A stretch of 64,000 bases of DNA from an uncultured Saprospiraceae bacterium (GCA_964475415.1 CAYYWZ010000001.1:14360-78359), one strand, 5' to 3'. Numbered from the stretch's first letter, positions 9,452-18,109 are shown. Notes: generated by a model from the letters alone, not told the origin. Program-made: numbers and translations.

Positions 9452-11008
9452 CTACCCCGCCCAACCTTCTCTATCTAGACTCCTATATTGTATTGCTTCT
9501 GCTAGATGTTCTATTTTGATATCTTCACTTCCAGCAAGATCAGCAGCCGTTCGAGCCACTTTCAGAATTCTATCATAGGCTCGGGCAGACAATTGTAGTT
9601 TCTCCATGGCCTTCTTAAGCAGTATCTGACCTGCCTGATTTATTTGACATATTTGTCTTACCATATTACTAGGCATCTGTGCATTGCAATAGATTTCTGG
9701 ATTAGTCTCATATCTCTTATTCTGGATTTCCCTTGCTCTAGTTACTCTTATAGAAATATCTTCGCTGCTTATTTCGGCTGGTTTAAAATCTGACAACTCA
9801 TCATAAGAAACCGGCGTAACTTCCACGTGTAAATCTATTCTATCTAATAAAGGACCTGATATCTTACTAAGATATTTTTTTACAATACCTGGACCACAGA
9901 CACAGTCTTTTTCAGGGTGATTGTAATATCCACATGGACAGGGATTCATCGAAGCAATCAACATAAAGCTAGATGGATAATCTACCGTCACTCTCGCTCT
10001 AGAGATCGTTACCTTTCTTTGTTCCATCGGCTGACGAAGAACCTCTAAGACAGAGCGCTTAAATTCTGGAAGTTCATCAAGAAACAATACGCCATTATGT
10101 GCTAACGAAATTTCTCCAGGATTGGGATTAGATCCTCCACCTACTAATGCCACATCACTAATCGTATGGTGCGGTGATCTGAAAGGTCTAGTTGTTACTA
10201 ATGAAGCATTGGTGTCTAGTATACCAGCTACACTATGTATTTTTGTCGTTTCTAATGCCTCATACAGTGATAAGGGTGGCAAGATCGTGGGCAGTCGCCT
10301 AGCTAACATAGTCTTCCCTGCTCCTGGAGGTCCGATTAAAATCACATTGTGTCCACCAGCAGCAGAAAGCTCTAGTGCTCGCTTTATATTCTCCTGACCT
10401 TTGACATCAGAGAAATCTACACTATAACTATTCTTAGCATCCATGAATGCTTCTCGCGTATCGTAAACCAGTGGCTTAATCGTAGGATTACCACAGACAA
10501 TATCTATGGCCTCATTCAGATTTTTAACTCCAAAAACTTCTAGGTCATTTACAATAGCTGCTTCTTTAGCGTTCTGTTTCGGAAGAATGATGCCCTTATA
10601 TTTTTCTTTTCTTGCTTGTATTGCAATCGGTAGTGCACCCTTGATAGGTCTCAAACTTCCATCGAGAGATAACTCCCCCATAATAATATATTGATCTAGT
10701 TGTTCAGCTTTGATCTGCTTCGTTGAGGCTAAGATTCCTAAGGCGATCGGTAGATCATAGGAAGAACCTTCCTTCTTGATATCTGCTGGAGCCATATTGA
10801 CAACCAGCTTAATCCTATACATCTTATGGCCTATGTTCTTAACGGCAGCTTCTATTCTTTGGAAGCCTTCCTTAACAGCATTATCCGGTAATCCTACTAA
10901 GTGATAAAACTGTTTTCCTGCAGCTACGTTTCCGCCTGCATTTACTTCTATTGTAATGGTCTGTGCCTCGACACCTGATACGGCACTGGCATATGTTTTT
11001 ACTAACAT
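9452..11008 (-). CDS. comM: YifB/ComM family Mg-chelatase-like AAA+ ATPase
   Basis: 518 aa with an N-terminal Lon-protease-like domain. Walker A GPPGAGKTMLA, GVLFLDELPEF and the Cys cluster NPCPCGY are typical of ComM/YifB. Confidence 0.9.
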   Translation of the reverse strand: MLVKTYASAVSGVEAQTITIEVNAGGNVAAGKQFYHLVGLPDNAVKEGFQRIEAAVKNIGHKMYRIKLVVNMAPADIKKEGSSYDLPIALGILASTKQIKAEQLDQYIIMGELSLDGSLRPIKGALPIAIQARKEKYKGIILPKQNAKEAAIVNDLEVFGVKNLNEAIDIVCGNPTIKPLVYDTREAFMDAKNSYSVDFSDVKGQENIKRALELSAAGGHNVILIGPPGAGKTMLARRLPTILPPLSLYEALETTKIHSVAGILDTNASLVTTRPFRSPHHTISDVALVGGGSNPNPGEISLAHNGVLFLDELPEFKRSVLEVLRQPMEQRKVTISRARVTVDYPSSFMLIASMNPCPCGYYNHPEKDCVCGPGIVKKYLSKISGPLLDRIDLHVEVTPVSYDELSDFKPAEISSEDISIRVTRAREIQNKRYETNPEIYCNAQMPSNMVRQICQINQAGQILLKKAMEKLQLSARAYDRILKVARTAADLAGSEDIKIEHLAEAIQYRSLDREGWAG

Positions 11009-11105
11009 CTATGATTTTTGTTTGCTAATGAAAATAATTTATGTCTGTACTCTAAATGAAAAGTGAAAATAGAAAATATATTTGCCGCATACAACATTTT
11101 ATATT

Positions 11106-11135
11106 TATGTCAATGGTGATACAATCATTGACATA
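11106..11135. promoter_or_regulatory. Perfect inverted repeat (10-bp arms, 10-bp spacer), candidate operator between comM and the sulfite-reduction operon
   Basis: tatgtcaatg-gtgatacaat-cattgacata; the arms are exact reverse complements. Confidence 0.4.
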
Positions 11136-11252
11136 AGAAAAATAAAATCCAATACAGCTTTGTAAAGAAGAAGACCTTTGGAGTTTTTTCAAAATAAATA
11201 AGAGATGATATTTGACTATTTCATTAAATAAAACTAATATTGATTATTAATT

Positions 11253-11318
11253 ATGAAAAAAAGAAATAGAAATATGATCTATATATGTTGTTGCAAAGCA
11301 AAAAGCCTGCTTCAGTAA
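11253..11318 (+). promoter_or_regulatory. Candidate leader peptide 1 (21 aa) with three consecutive Cys codons
   Basis: ATG..TAA mini-ORF MKKRNRNMIYICCCKAKSLLQ; TGT TGT TGC at 11286..11294. It is below the ORF-track size cut-off. Confidence 0.5.
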
Positions 11319-11350
11319 CGCCATACATATTTATCAAAATTTAAATTAGG

Positions 11351-11386
11351 GTCTTTCTGAAGAAATTTAGAAAGGCTTTTTTATTT
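11351..11386 (+). terminator. Terminator-like hairpin plus T-run after leader ORF 1
   Basis: gtctttct / agaaaggc gives an 8-bp stem (one G-U) with a 10-nt loop, followed by ttttttattt. Confidence 0.45.
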
Positions 11387-11407
11387 GTAAGTTGAAATGA
11401 AAGTAAA

Positions 11408-11485
11408 ATGCCAAAAATGAGTCACCATAATAAAATAGACAAGATGTGTAAGTGCTGCTGCTATAAAATTCCTATTGATTCTTGA
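11408..11485 (+). promoter_or_regulatory. Candidate leader peptide 2 (25 aa) with four Cys in five codons
   Basis: Mini-ORF MPKMSHHNKIDKMCKCCCYKIPIDS; TGT AAG TGC TGC TGC at 11447..11461. Confidence 0.5.
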
Positions 11486-11510
11486 TAGTCATATACATCT
11501 ATACAGATAT

Positions 11511-11550
11511 AAAGCCTTGCAAGAATTAGTTTTGCAAGGCTTTTTTTATT
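11511..11550 (+). terminator. Strong intrinsic-terminator hairpin 20 nt upstream of the sir start codon (attenuator candidate)
   Basis: aaagccttgcaa-gaattagtt-ttgcaaggcttt is a perfect 12-bp stem followed by tttttatt. It sits inside the spurious N-terminal extension of track ORF 11475..13712. Confidence 0.7.
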
Positions 11551-11570
11551 CATCATTACAAAAAATATAC

Positions 11571-13712
11571 ATGACAAATTCACCAGTACAAGATATATCG
11601 CCAGAAGACCAAAAAGATATTACAGAACTAAAAAGTAAGATTGATAGATTCCAAAAGGGAAAGATAGACGAAGAAAAATTTAAGCTCTACAGGCTAACTA
11701 GAGGCGTGTACGGACAACGTCAGCTAGGGGTACAAATGTTCCGAATAAAAATACCTTATGGCCGTATCAGTCCCCATCAGATTAGAGTGATAGCTGATCT
11801 TTCTAAACAATATGCTTCTAATAATTTACACCTAACAACCAGACAAGATATACAACTACATTATGTAAAACTTACAGATTCTCCTGCTGTCTGGGAAGGT
11901 CTTACCAGTCACGGACTTACAGGAAGGGAGGCCTGTGGTAATACAGTAAGAAATTTAACTACAAGTCCTACAGCAGGTATAGATCCTGACGAGCCATTCG
12001 ACGTAACACCTTATGCACATGCAGTAGCATACTACTTCTTAAGAAATCCTATATGTCAAGAGATGGGAAGAAAAATAAAACCAGCCTTTTCCTCAAGCGA
12101 TCATGATCGAGCCTTTACTTATTTCTCCGATTTCGGATTTATACCTAGAATAAAAAAAGAAGGCCATAAAACAATTCGTGGATTTAAAGTAGTGCTTGGA
12201 GGTGGTCTAGGTGCACAAGCTATAGAAGCACAAACTGCATATCAATTTTTAGAAGCAGATAAAATCATTCCATTTATGGAAGCGGGGCTAAGAGTTTTTG
12301 ACAGATATGGAGAACGTAAAAAAAGACAGAAAGCAAGAATGAAATTTCTGATTAAATCCATAGGGGTCGATGGGTTTCTAAATCTAGTAGAGAAAGAGAA
12401 AAAGGCCTTAGAAAACGAAACAATAAAGATAGATCCTCAAGATTATACCTATGGTACTATACCTAATTATTTCGAAGCCGAAATAAAAGAGCCAATACAT
12501 AATGCTAAGTACGATCTCTGGAAAAAAACAAATACTTTTTTACAAAAAGACAACACCTATTATGGTGTATATCTGAGAATACAACTAGGAGATATATCCT
12601 CAGAAAAGGCAAGAACATTAGCAGATATTATAGAACCCTACGCCTCTGATGACATAAGAATTACAATTAACCAAGGTCTCTTATTAAGACATGTTCATGA
12701 GAATCATCTTGCTGAACTATTTTCAAAATTGGATACTGCAGGATTTGCAGAACCAGGGTTCGACTCTATAGCTGATGTGACGGCCTGTCCAGGAACAGAT
12801 ACCTGTAACCTCGCAGTTACTAATAGTACAGGACTTACCAGGGCGATAGAAAATATGATAAGAGATGAGTATGAACATCTCTTAGAAGAAGATCATATAA
12901 AAATAAAAATCAGTGGCTGTATGAACGCTTGTGGTCAGCACATGGCTGCCAACATAGGTTTTCATGGAAGTTCCATTAAGAAAAACGGACTCATTATTCC
13001 TGCTATGCAAATTGTACTTGCTGGCGGAATTGATAGAACAGGAAAGGGATGGATTGCAGAGAAAATCATAAAAGTTCCCACAAAAAAAATACTTGAAGTT
13101 ATCAGAGTTCTGCTAGAAGATTTCGAGAAAGAAGGAGATGATGATGAATACTTTAACTACTACTATGCTAGACAAGGCAAGAAATACTTTTATTCGCTTC
13201 TTAAACACCTGTCCAACATAGAGGAGCTAGAAGGAACAGAGTTTTTTGACTGGGAACAGGATCATCAATATCAACAATCTATAGGCGTGGGGGAATGTGC
13301 AGGTGTTATGCTTGACGTTGTCGGCACCATTCTTCAAGAGGCAGAAGATAGAATACAACTAGCTCATCAAGGAAGCAAAGAAGAACTATTTGTAGATGCT
13401 AATTACCATGCTTACTCGGCAATCATTATTGCAGCTAAAGGACTCTTACTATCAGAAGATATTAGTTGTAACACACAGATTGGAATTATAAATGACTTCG
13501 AAAAACATTTTATAGAAAGTCAAAAGTTTGCTTATGAGGAATCGTTTACTGAGAGTGTACTTTCTCTAAATAAAAACGAACCTAAAAAATCTTTTTCTCA
13601 AGCTTACATCTCTCAAGCAACAGATTTTGTACAGCAAGCAATACTATATAGAAACAGGCAACTAGAAAATACCTTAGAAAAAAAGGTAATCAGTAACCAC
13701 TATAAAGCGTAA
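11571..13712 (+). CDS. sir: Ferredoxin-type assimilatory sulfite (nitrite/sulfite) reductase hemoprotein with C-terminal helical extension
   Basis: Nitrite/sulfite reductase motifs: RQDIQLH, the siroheme/4Fe-4S Cys motifs TACPGTDTCNLA and SGCMNACGQH. Start moved to ATG 11571 (MTNSPVQ), downstream of the terminator hairpin. There is an extra tail of about 140-150 aa after the reductase core. Confidence 0.85.
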   Translation: MTNSPVQDISPEDQKDITELKSKIDRFQKGKIDEEKFKLYRLTRGVYGQRQLGVQMFRIKIPYGRISPHQIRVIADLSKQYASNNLHLTTRQDIQLHYVKLTDSPAVWEGLTSHGLTGREACGNTVRNLTTSPTAGIDPDEPFDVTPYAHAVAYYFLRNPICQEMGRKIKPAFSSSDHDRAFTYFSDFGFIPRIKKEGHKTIRGFKVVLGGGLGAQAIEAQTAYQFLEADKIIPFMEAGLRVFDRYGERKKRQKARMKFLIKSIGVDGFLNLVEKEKKALENETIKIDPQDYTYGTIPNYFEAEIKEPIHNAKYDLWKKTNTFLQKDNTYYGVYLRIQLGDISSEKARTLADIIEPYASDDIRITINQGLLLRHVHENHLAELFSKLDTAGFAEPGFDSIADVTACPGTDTCNLAVTNSTGLTRAIENMIRDEYEHLLEEDHIKIKISGCMNACGQHMAANIGFHGSSIKKNGLIIPAMQIVLAGGIDRTGKGWIAEKIIKVPTKKILEVIRVLLEDFEKEGDDDEYFNYYYARQGKKYFYSLLKHLSNIEELEGTEFFDWEQDHQYQQSIGVGECAGVMLDVVGTILQEAEDRIQLAHQGSKEELFVDANYHAYSAIIIAAKGLLLSEDISCNTQIGIINDFEKHFIESQKFAYEESFTESVLSLNKNEPKKSFSQAYISQATDFVQQAILYRNRQLENTLEKKVISNHYKA

Positions 13713-13715
13713 AAA

Positions 13716-14486
13716 ATGAATAATACAAAAAACAAAGCTCGTGTAAGTCTAGTAGGTGCTGGACCAGGAGATAAGGATCTTATAACAATAGCAGGATTAA
13801 GGGCCATACAATCAGCAGATGTTATTCTTTATGATGCACTTGTAAATGTGGCTTTACTGCAAGAAGCAACTCCAGATGCCAAAAAAATATTCGTTGGAAA
13901 ACGAGCAGGTACTAGATATAATACTCAAGATGAAATCAATCTCCTCATCGTACAATCGGCCTTAAATTATGGTCATGCTGTAAGACTAAAAGGAGGTGAC
14001 CCTTTTATTTTCGGTAGAGGACATGAAGAGCTAGAATATATTAAAGCCTTTAACATTTCTACACAAATAATCCCTGGTATCTCTAGCTCAATCTCTATTC
14101 CCTTACTGCAAGAAGTACCTCTAACACGCAGAGATATAAGTCAAAGCTTTTGGGTACTTACAGGTACAACTAAAGAAGAAAAATTATCCAAAGACATAGA
14201 GATAGCTGCCAAAACAGATGCCACCCTTGTAATTCTCATGGGTATAAAAAAACTAAAGCTGATACAAAAGATACTACTAGAAGAAGGTAAAGCAGATCTT
14301 CCTATAATGATTGTCCAAAGTGGCTCTACTTCTGCTGAAAAGAAAATTGTTACAACGATAAAGGAAGTCGTCTATCAAGCAGAAAAACACGAAATAGGAA
14401 CTCCAGGAATCATCGTCATAGGAGAAGTTGTAAGACTACATCCAGAATTTGTTCAACAAAAAATTGCAAGCACATGGAATCTGTAG
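13716..14486 (+). CDS. cobA: Uroporphyrinogen-III C-methyltransferase
   Basis: VSLVGAGPGDKDLITIAGLRAIQSADVILYDALV and RLKGGDPFIFGRGHEE are typical of CobA and the CysG C-domain. Confidence 0.9.
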   Translation: MNNTKNKARVSLVGAGPGDKDLITIAGLRAIQSADVILYDALVNVALLQEATPDAKKIFVGKRAGTRYNTQDEINLLIVQSALNYGHAVRLKGGDPFIFGRGHEELEYIKAFNISTQIIPGISSSISIPLLQEVPLTRRDISQSFWVLTGTTKEEKLSKDIEIAAKTDATLVILMGIKKLKLIQKILLEEGKADLPIMIVQSGSTSAEKKIVTTIKEVVYQAEKHEIGTPGIIVIGEVVRLHPEFVQQKIASTWNL

Positions 14487-15076
14487 ATAACAACCCACTT
14501 TACCCTGTGTTTTTTAAGCTAAACAAACTTAGAATTTTAGTCATAGGTGCTGGAACTGTTGCAGAGGAAAAATTACACTTTATACTGAAAAGTAGTCCTA
14601 ATGCTAACATTACTATTGTAGCTCCATGGGCTAGGCAAAACACTTTTGATATAATTGAAAAATATCCAGATAATATTAATTGGATAAAAAAAGAATTTGA
14701 TGAGACAGATATAAGTTCTAACGATCTTATAATAGCTGCTACTAATTTTCATGAAATAAACAAGCAGGTACATAAGGCTGCAAAATCACAGGGAAAAATT
14801 ATCAATGTTGCTGATACACCAGAGTTGTGCGATTTTTACATGGGATCTATAGTTACAAAAGGTGCTTTAAAAATTGCTGTATCTACCAATGGTCAATCAC
14901 CCACACTAGCTAAAAGATTTAGACAATTACTAGAAGATGTCTTACCTGATGATACTTCAAGCCTTATTTCTAATCTTAAAAAAATCAGAGATAATCTGAA
15001 AGGAGATTTTGAATATAAGGTAGGACATCTAAATGATCTCACACAGTCTATAGTAGATAATATCAACAAAAATTAA
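14474..15076 (+). CDS. Precorrin-2 dehydrogenase / sirohydrochlorin ferrochelatase (siroheme synthase N-domain type)
   Basis: Rossmann motif ILVIGAGTVAEEK; 200 aa; overlaps cobA by 13 nt; the context fits siroheme synthesis. Confidence 0.75.
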   Translation: MESVDNNPLYPVFFKLNKLRILVIGAGTVAEEKLHFILKSSPNANITIVAPWARQNTFDIIEKYPDNINWIKKEFDETDISSNDLIIAATNFHEINKQVHKAAKSQGKIINVADTPELCDFYMGSIVTKGALKIAVSTNGQSPTLAKRFRQLLEDVLPDDTSSLISNLKKIRDNLKGDFEYKVGHLNDLTQSIVDNINKN

Positions 15077-15080
15077 AAAC

Positions 15081-15788
15081 ATGCATTCAGCTAAAAAACA
15101 AATAGTAGAAAAAGAAAATATAGAGGAATTGAACCATTTGTTTTCTCCTTTGAGCTATTTAGAGCGCATAGAAAAATTATATGATTTCTATACTGAAAAG
15201 GAAATACTGTTCACTTCATCATTCGGAATCAAATCAATTTTTCTTATTCATGCTATGCAAAAAATTCGCCCTAGTCAGCACATTCATTTTATTGATACCA
15301 CCTATCATTTTGACGAAACGATAATTTACAAAGAACACTTACAGAAAAAATATAGCCTGAAAATCATTGACGTTCTTCCTGATGCTATCCAAAATGAACT
15401 TACAAAAACTGAGGCCTGGTGGAATGATCATCCTAAAATGTGTTGCTCTATTAACAAAGTAGTACCTCTACAAAGCTATACTGCTAAGCATAAAATATGG
15501 ATTAGTGGTCTGAGAAAGTACCAGACTAAACATAGGTCTTCGCTTTCTATATTTGAGAAAAAAGGTGATATTATCAAATTTTACCCTCTTTTAGATGTTT
15601 CTGAGCTAGAATTTCAGAGAATAAAATCAAAAAATAATCTTGAAAATCACCCCTTAGAGGAACAAGGCTACGGTTCTGTAGGTTGTAAACACTGTACAGT
15701 AAAAGGAAAAGGTAGAGATGGAAGATGGAAAGATAAAAACAGAACAGAATGTGGCTTACATCTCAATTACTTTTATAACAAAAAATAA
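15081..15788 (+). CDS. cysH: Adenylyl-/phosphoadenylyl-sulfate reductase (CysH family, Fe-S cluster type)
   Basis: PAPS-reductase fold (SSFGIKSIFLIH, DTTYHFDET). The Cys pair KMCCSINKV and the C-terminal GCKHCT pattern are typical of the 4Fe-4S APS-reductase subgroup. Confidence 0.85.
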   Translation: MHSAKKQIVEKENIEELNHLFSPLSYLERIEKLYDFYTEKEILFTSSFGIKSIFLIHAMQKIRPSQHIHFIDTTYHFDETIIYKEHLQKKYSLKIIDVLPDAIQNELTKTEAWWNDHPKMCCSINKVVPLQSYTAKHKIWISGLRKYQTKHRSSLSIFEKKGDIIKFYPLLDVSELEFQRIKSKNNLENHPLEEQGYGSVGCKHCTVKGKGRDGRWKDKNRTECGLHLNYFYNKK

Positions 15789-15861
15789 ATAATTTTACAG
15801 TAGATTAGCTTAGGTTAGAAATTCCCTGCTAGTTTGTTTTACAAAGACAATACAATATTAA

Positions 15862-16869
15862 ATGAAAGAAACAGATATAATAATTATAGGAGCAGGACCG
15901 TGTGGTTTGTTTACTGTTTTCGAAGCTGGATTACTTAAGCTTCGATGTCATCTAGTAGATTCCTTACCTATTCCAGGTGGGCAGCTTAGTGAAATATATC
16001 CCAAGAAGCCTATCTATGATATACCTGGATATCCTAGTATACTTGCAGGTGATCTGGTAGATAATCTTATAAAACAGATAGAACCATTTAAACCAGAATT
16101 CACCTTAGGAGAGAGAGCTGAAAAAATAGAAAAAGAAGCATCTGGAAAATATGTACTTACAACCAGTCGAGGAACTCAGATAAAGGCTCCCGTTATTTGT
16201 ATTGCTGGAGGTCTAGGTTGTTTCGAACCTAGGAAACCACCAATAGCTAATATCTCAGATTTCGAAGATAAGGGCATAGATTATATCATAAAGGATCCAG
16301 AAAAATTCAGAGATAAGACATTAGTCATAGCAGGTGGTGGAGATTCTGCACTTGACTGGACGATAGAGTTAGCTAATATTGCTAAAGAAATAACGCTGGT
16401 ACATAGAAGAACATCCTTCCGAGGAGCTCTAGACAGTGTCGATAAGGTGATGGAATTAGCTAAGCAAAATAAGATCAACCTCATCACTGAAGCACAAGTA
16501 ACAGGTATCAATGGTAATGGTATCCTCAAAGAAGTGATTATCAAGACGAAACAAAATGGTGATATTACTAAAGCTGTAGATAACTTTATACCACTTTTTG
16601 GACTATCTCCTAGTCTAGGACCAATTGCTGAGTGGGGACTAAATATTACTAAGAATGCTATAGAGGTAGACACACTAGATTACAGCACCAACGTAGAAGG
16701 TATATACGCAATAGGAGATATCAATACTTATACAGGAAAACTAAAACTCATTCTTTGCGGTTTTCACGAAGGAACGATGATGGTGCAATCAGCGTTTAAG
16801 TATATATATCCCGATCAGAAACTAAGTTTCAAGTATACGACTGTAACAGGAATATCGGGAATAGAATAA
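15862..16869 (+). CDS. Thioredoxin-reductase-like ferredoxin-NADP+ reductase (YumC type)
   Basis: FAD motif IIIGAGPCGLF and NADPH motif VIAGGGDSALDW; GGQL..IYP...IYD signature; 335 aa. Confidence 0.8.
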   Translation: MKETDIIIIGAGPCGLFTVFEAGLLKLRCHLVDSLPIPGGQLSEIYPKKPIYDIPGYPSILAGDLVDNLIKQIEPFKPEFTLGERAEKIEKEASGKYVLTTSRGTQIKAPVICIAGGLGCFEPRKPPIANISDFEDKGIDYIIKDPEKFRDKTLVIAGGGDSALDWTIELANIAKEITLVHRRTSFRGALDSVDKVMELAKQNKINLITEAQVTGINGNGILKEVIIKTKQNGDITKAVDNFIPLFGLSPSLGPIAEWGLNITKNAIEVDTLDYSTNVEGIYAIGDINTYTGKLKLILCGFHEGTMMVQSAFKYIYPDQKLSFKYTTVTGISGIE

Positions 16870-16879
16870 TAGGTAGAAA

Positions 16880-17206
16880 GTGGAAGAAAACGTAATCAGC
16901 ATAACAGTAGTAGATAGGGAAGAAAAAGAACATATCTTAGAAGGACCTACAGATATGAGTCTAAACCTTATGGAACTATGCAAGGCAGCTGAACTAGAAG
17001 TAGAAGGCACTTGCGGAGGAATGGCGCTATGTGCATCATGTCATTGTTATGTCATGTCAGAACATGAACTTAGCAAAGCATCAGACGACGAGGAAGACAT
17101 GCTAGATCAGGCATTTTTTGTAGAAGATAATAGCAGACTCGCATGTCAAATAAAACTAGAAAATAATCTAAATGGGCTCGTTGTAAAGCTTGCACCCGTA
17201 TCTTGA
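16880..17206 (+). CDS. 2Fe-2S ferredoxin, adrenodoxin/putidaredoxin type
   Basis: Cys ligand pattern CGGMALCASCHCY...RLACQI; 108 aa; GTG start as in the track. Confidence 0.8.
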   Translation: MEENVISITVVDREEKEHILEGPTDMSLNLMELCKAAELEVEGTCGGMALCASCHCYVMSEHELSKASDDEEDMLDQAFFVEDNSRLACQIKLENNLNGLVVKLAPVS

Positions 17207-17214
17207 TAAAAAAA

Positions 17215-17236
17215 GGAGCTCCTTACAGAGAGCTCC
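17215..17236. terminator. Bidirectional hairpin between convergent fdx and the 17266..17553 gene
   Basis: ggagctc-cttacaga-gagctcc, flanked by an A-run upstream. Confidence 0.55.
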
Positions 17237-17265
17237 TACAATGAAAATAAAACTATACTAAATTA

Positions 17266-17553
17266 TTATTTTGCCATTGCTTTCTTAATGAGTCCTATAA
17301 CAGCCATAACAACTCCTCCTCCTACTCCACCTCCTGCGACAGTTCCTAGAATACTGCCTACGTCCATACTGCCACTTGCAGCAGCTGCACCTAGACTCGG
17401 AGCAACCATTCCCAATATCTGGCCACCTATACCACCACCGGCTATTCCGGCAACAGAATTCCAAAGTGTCCCTAACGAAGAATTGGGCATCATTTTACCC
17501 GCAATATTTCCGCCTAAGGCACCACTTAGCAATGAGATTATTAAACTTACCAT
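17266..17553 (-). CDS. GlsB/YeaQ/YmgE family (transglycosylase-associated) stress membrane protein
   Basis: 95 aa, Gly-rich transmembrane repeats (GALGGNIAG, GIAGGGIGGQILG). Confidence 0.7.
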   Translation of the reverse strand: MVSLIISLLSGALGGNIAGKMMPNSSLGTLWNSVAGIAGGGIGGQILGMVAPSLGAAAASGSMDVGSILGTVAGGGVGGGVVMAVIGLIKKAMAK

Positions 17554-17710
17554 ATCTTTAGTTTTGTTTTGATGATTAATAGTAATTCATAATAATAATA
17601 CTTTAATTAATTAAGAATAGAAAATAATATTATAAAAATATCTAATAAATAAAATTTAATGTTGCTTACAAAGCTCTTATAAAAGTAAGTATCACAATAA
17701 AAAATTAACT

Positions 17711-18109
17711 ATGAAAATTCAACTTAAAAACTCAGATTCCTTAGAACATTTTGTCGCAAGCAATGAAGATGGTAAAGAAATCCACCTTAGTGCAGACGGT
17801 TCTGCAGTAGGTCCTATGCAATCTGTTCTAATGGCTATCGCCGGCTGCAGTACAATTGACATCGTAATGATTCTAAAAAAAATGAAACAAGATCTACAGA
17901 ATATAGAAGTAGATGTTACAGCAGAAAGACGAGAAGAAATTCCTAGAACATTTACAAAGATTAATTTACATTACACCCTTTATGGAGAACTAAAAGAAAA
18001 AAAAGTGCAACAAGCCATCAATTCGTCTCTTGAAAAATATTGCTCTGTTTCTAAAATGATAGAGAAAAGTGCAGAAATAAGTAGCACATATGAAATAAAA
18101 ATAAAGTGA
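17711..18109 (+). CDS. OsmC family protein
   Basis: 132 aa; LMAIAGCSTIDIV and LEKYCSVSKMI match the two conserved Cys regions of OsmC/Ohr-like proteins. Confidence 0.75.
   Translation: MKIQLKNSDSLEHFVASNEDGKEIHLSADGSAVGPMQSVLMAIAGCSTIDIVMILKKMKQDLQNIEVDVTAERREEIPRTFTKINLHYTLYGELKEKKVQQAINSSLEKYCSVSKMIEKSAEISSTYEIKIK

Noticed and set aside
10122-10694. Track ORFs 10122..10397 and 10506..10694 (+)
   Set aside because: They are antisense to the strongly supported comM gene. Their composition is biased and they have no motifs.
11475-11570. N-terminal extension of the sulfite reductase ORF given in the track (MILDSHIHLYRYKALQELVLQGFFYSSLQKIY...)
   Set aside because: It starts at a TTG inside mini-ORF 2 and runs straight through the 12-bp terminator hairpin. 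The conserved protein begins at ATG 11571.
17288-17572. Track ORFs 17288..17572 and 17376..17561 (+), Pro-rich
   Set aside because: They are the mirror image of the Gly-rich GlsB/YeaQ-family gene on the minus strand. GGN codons read in antisense give Pro runs.
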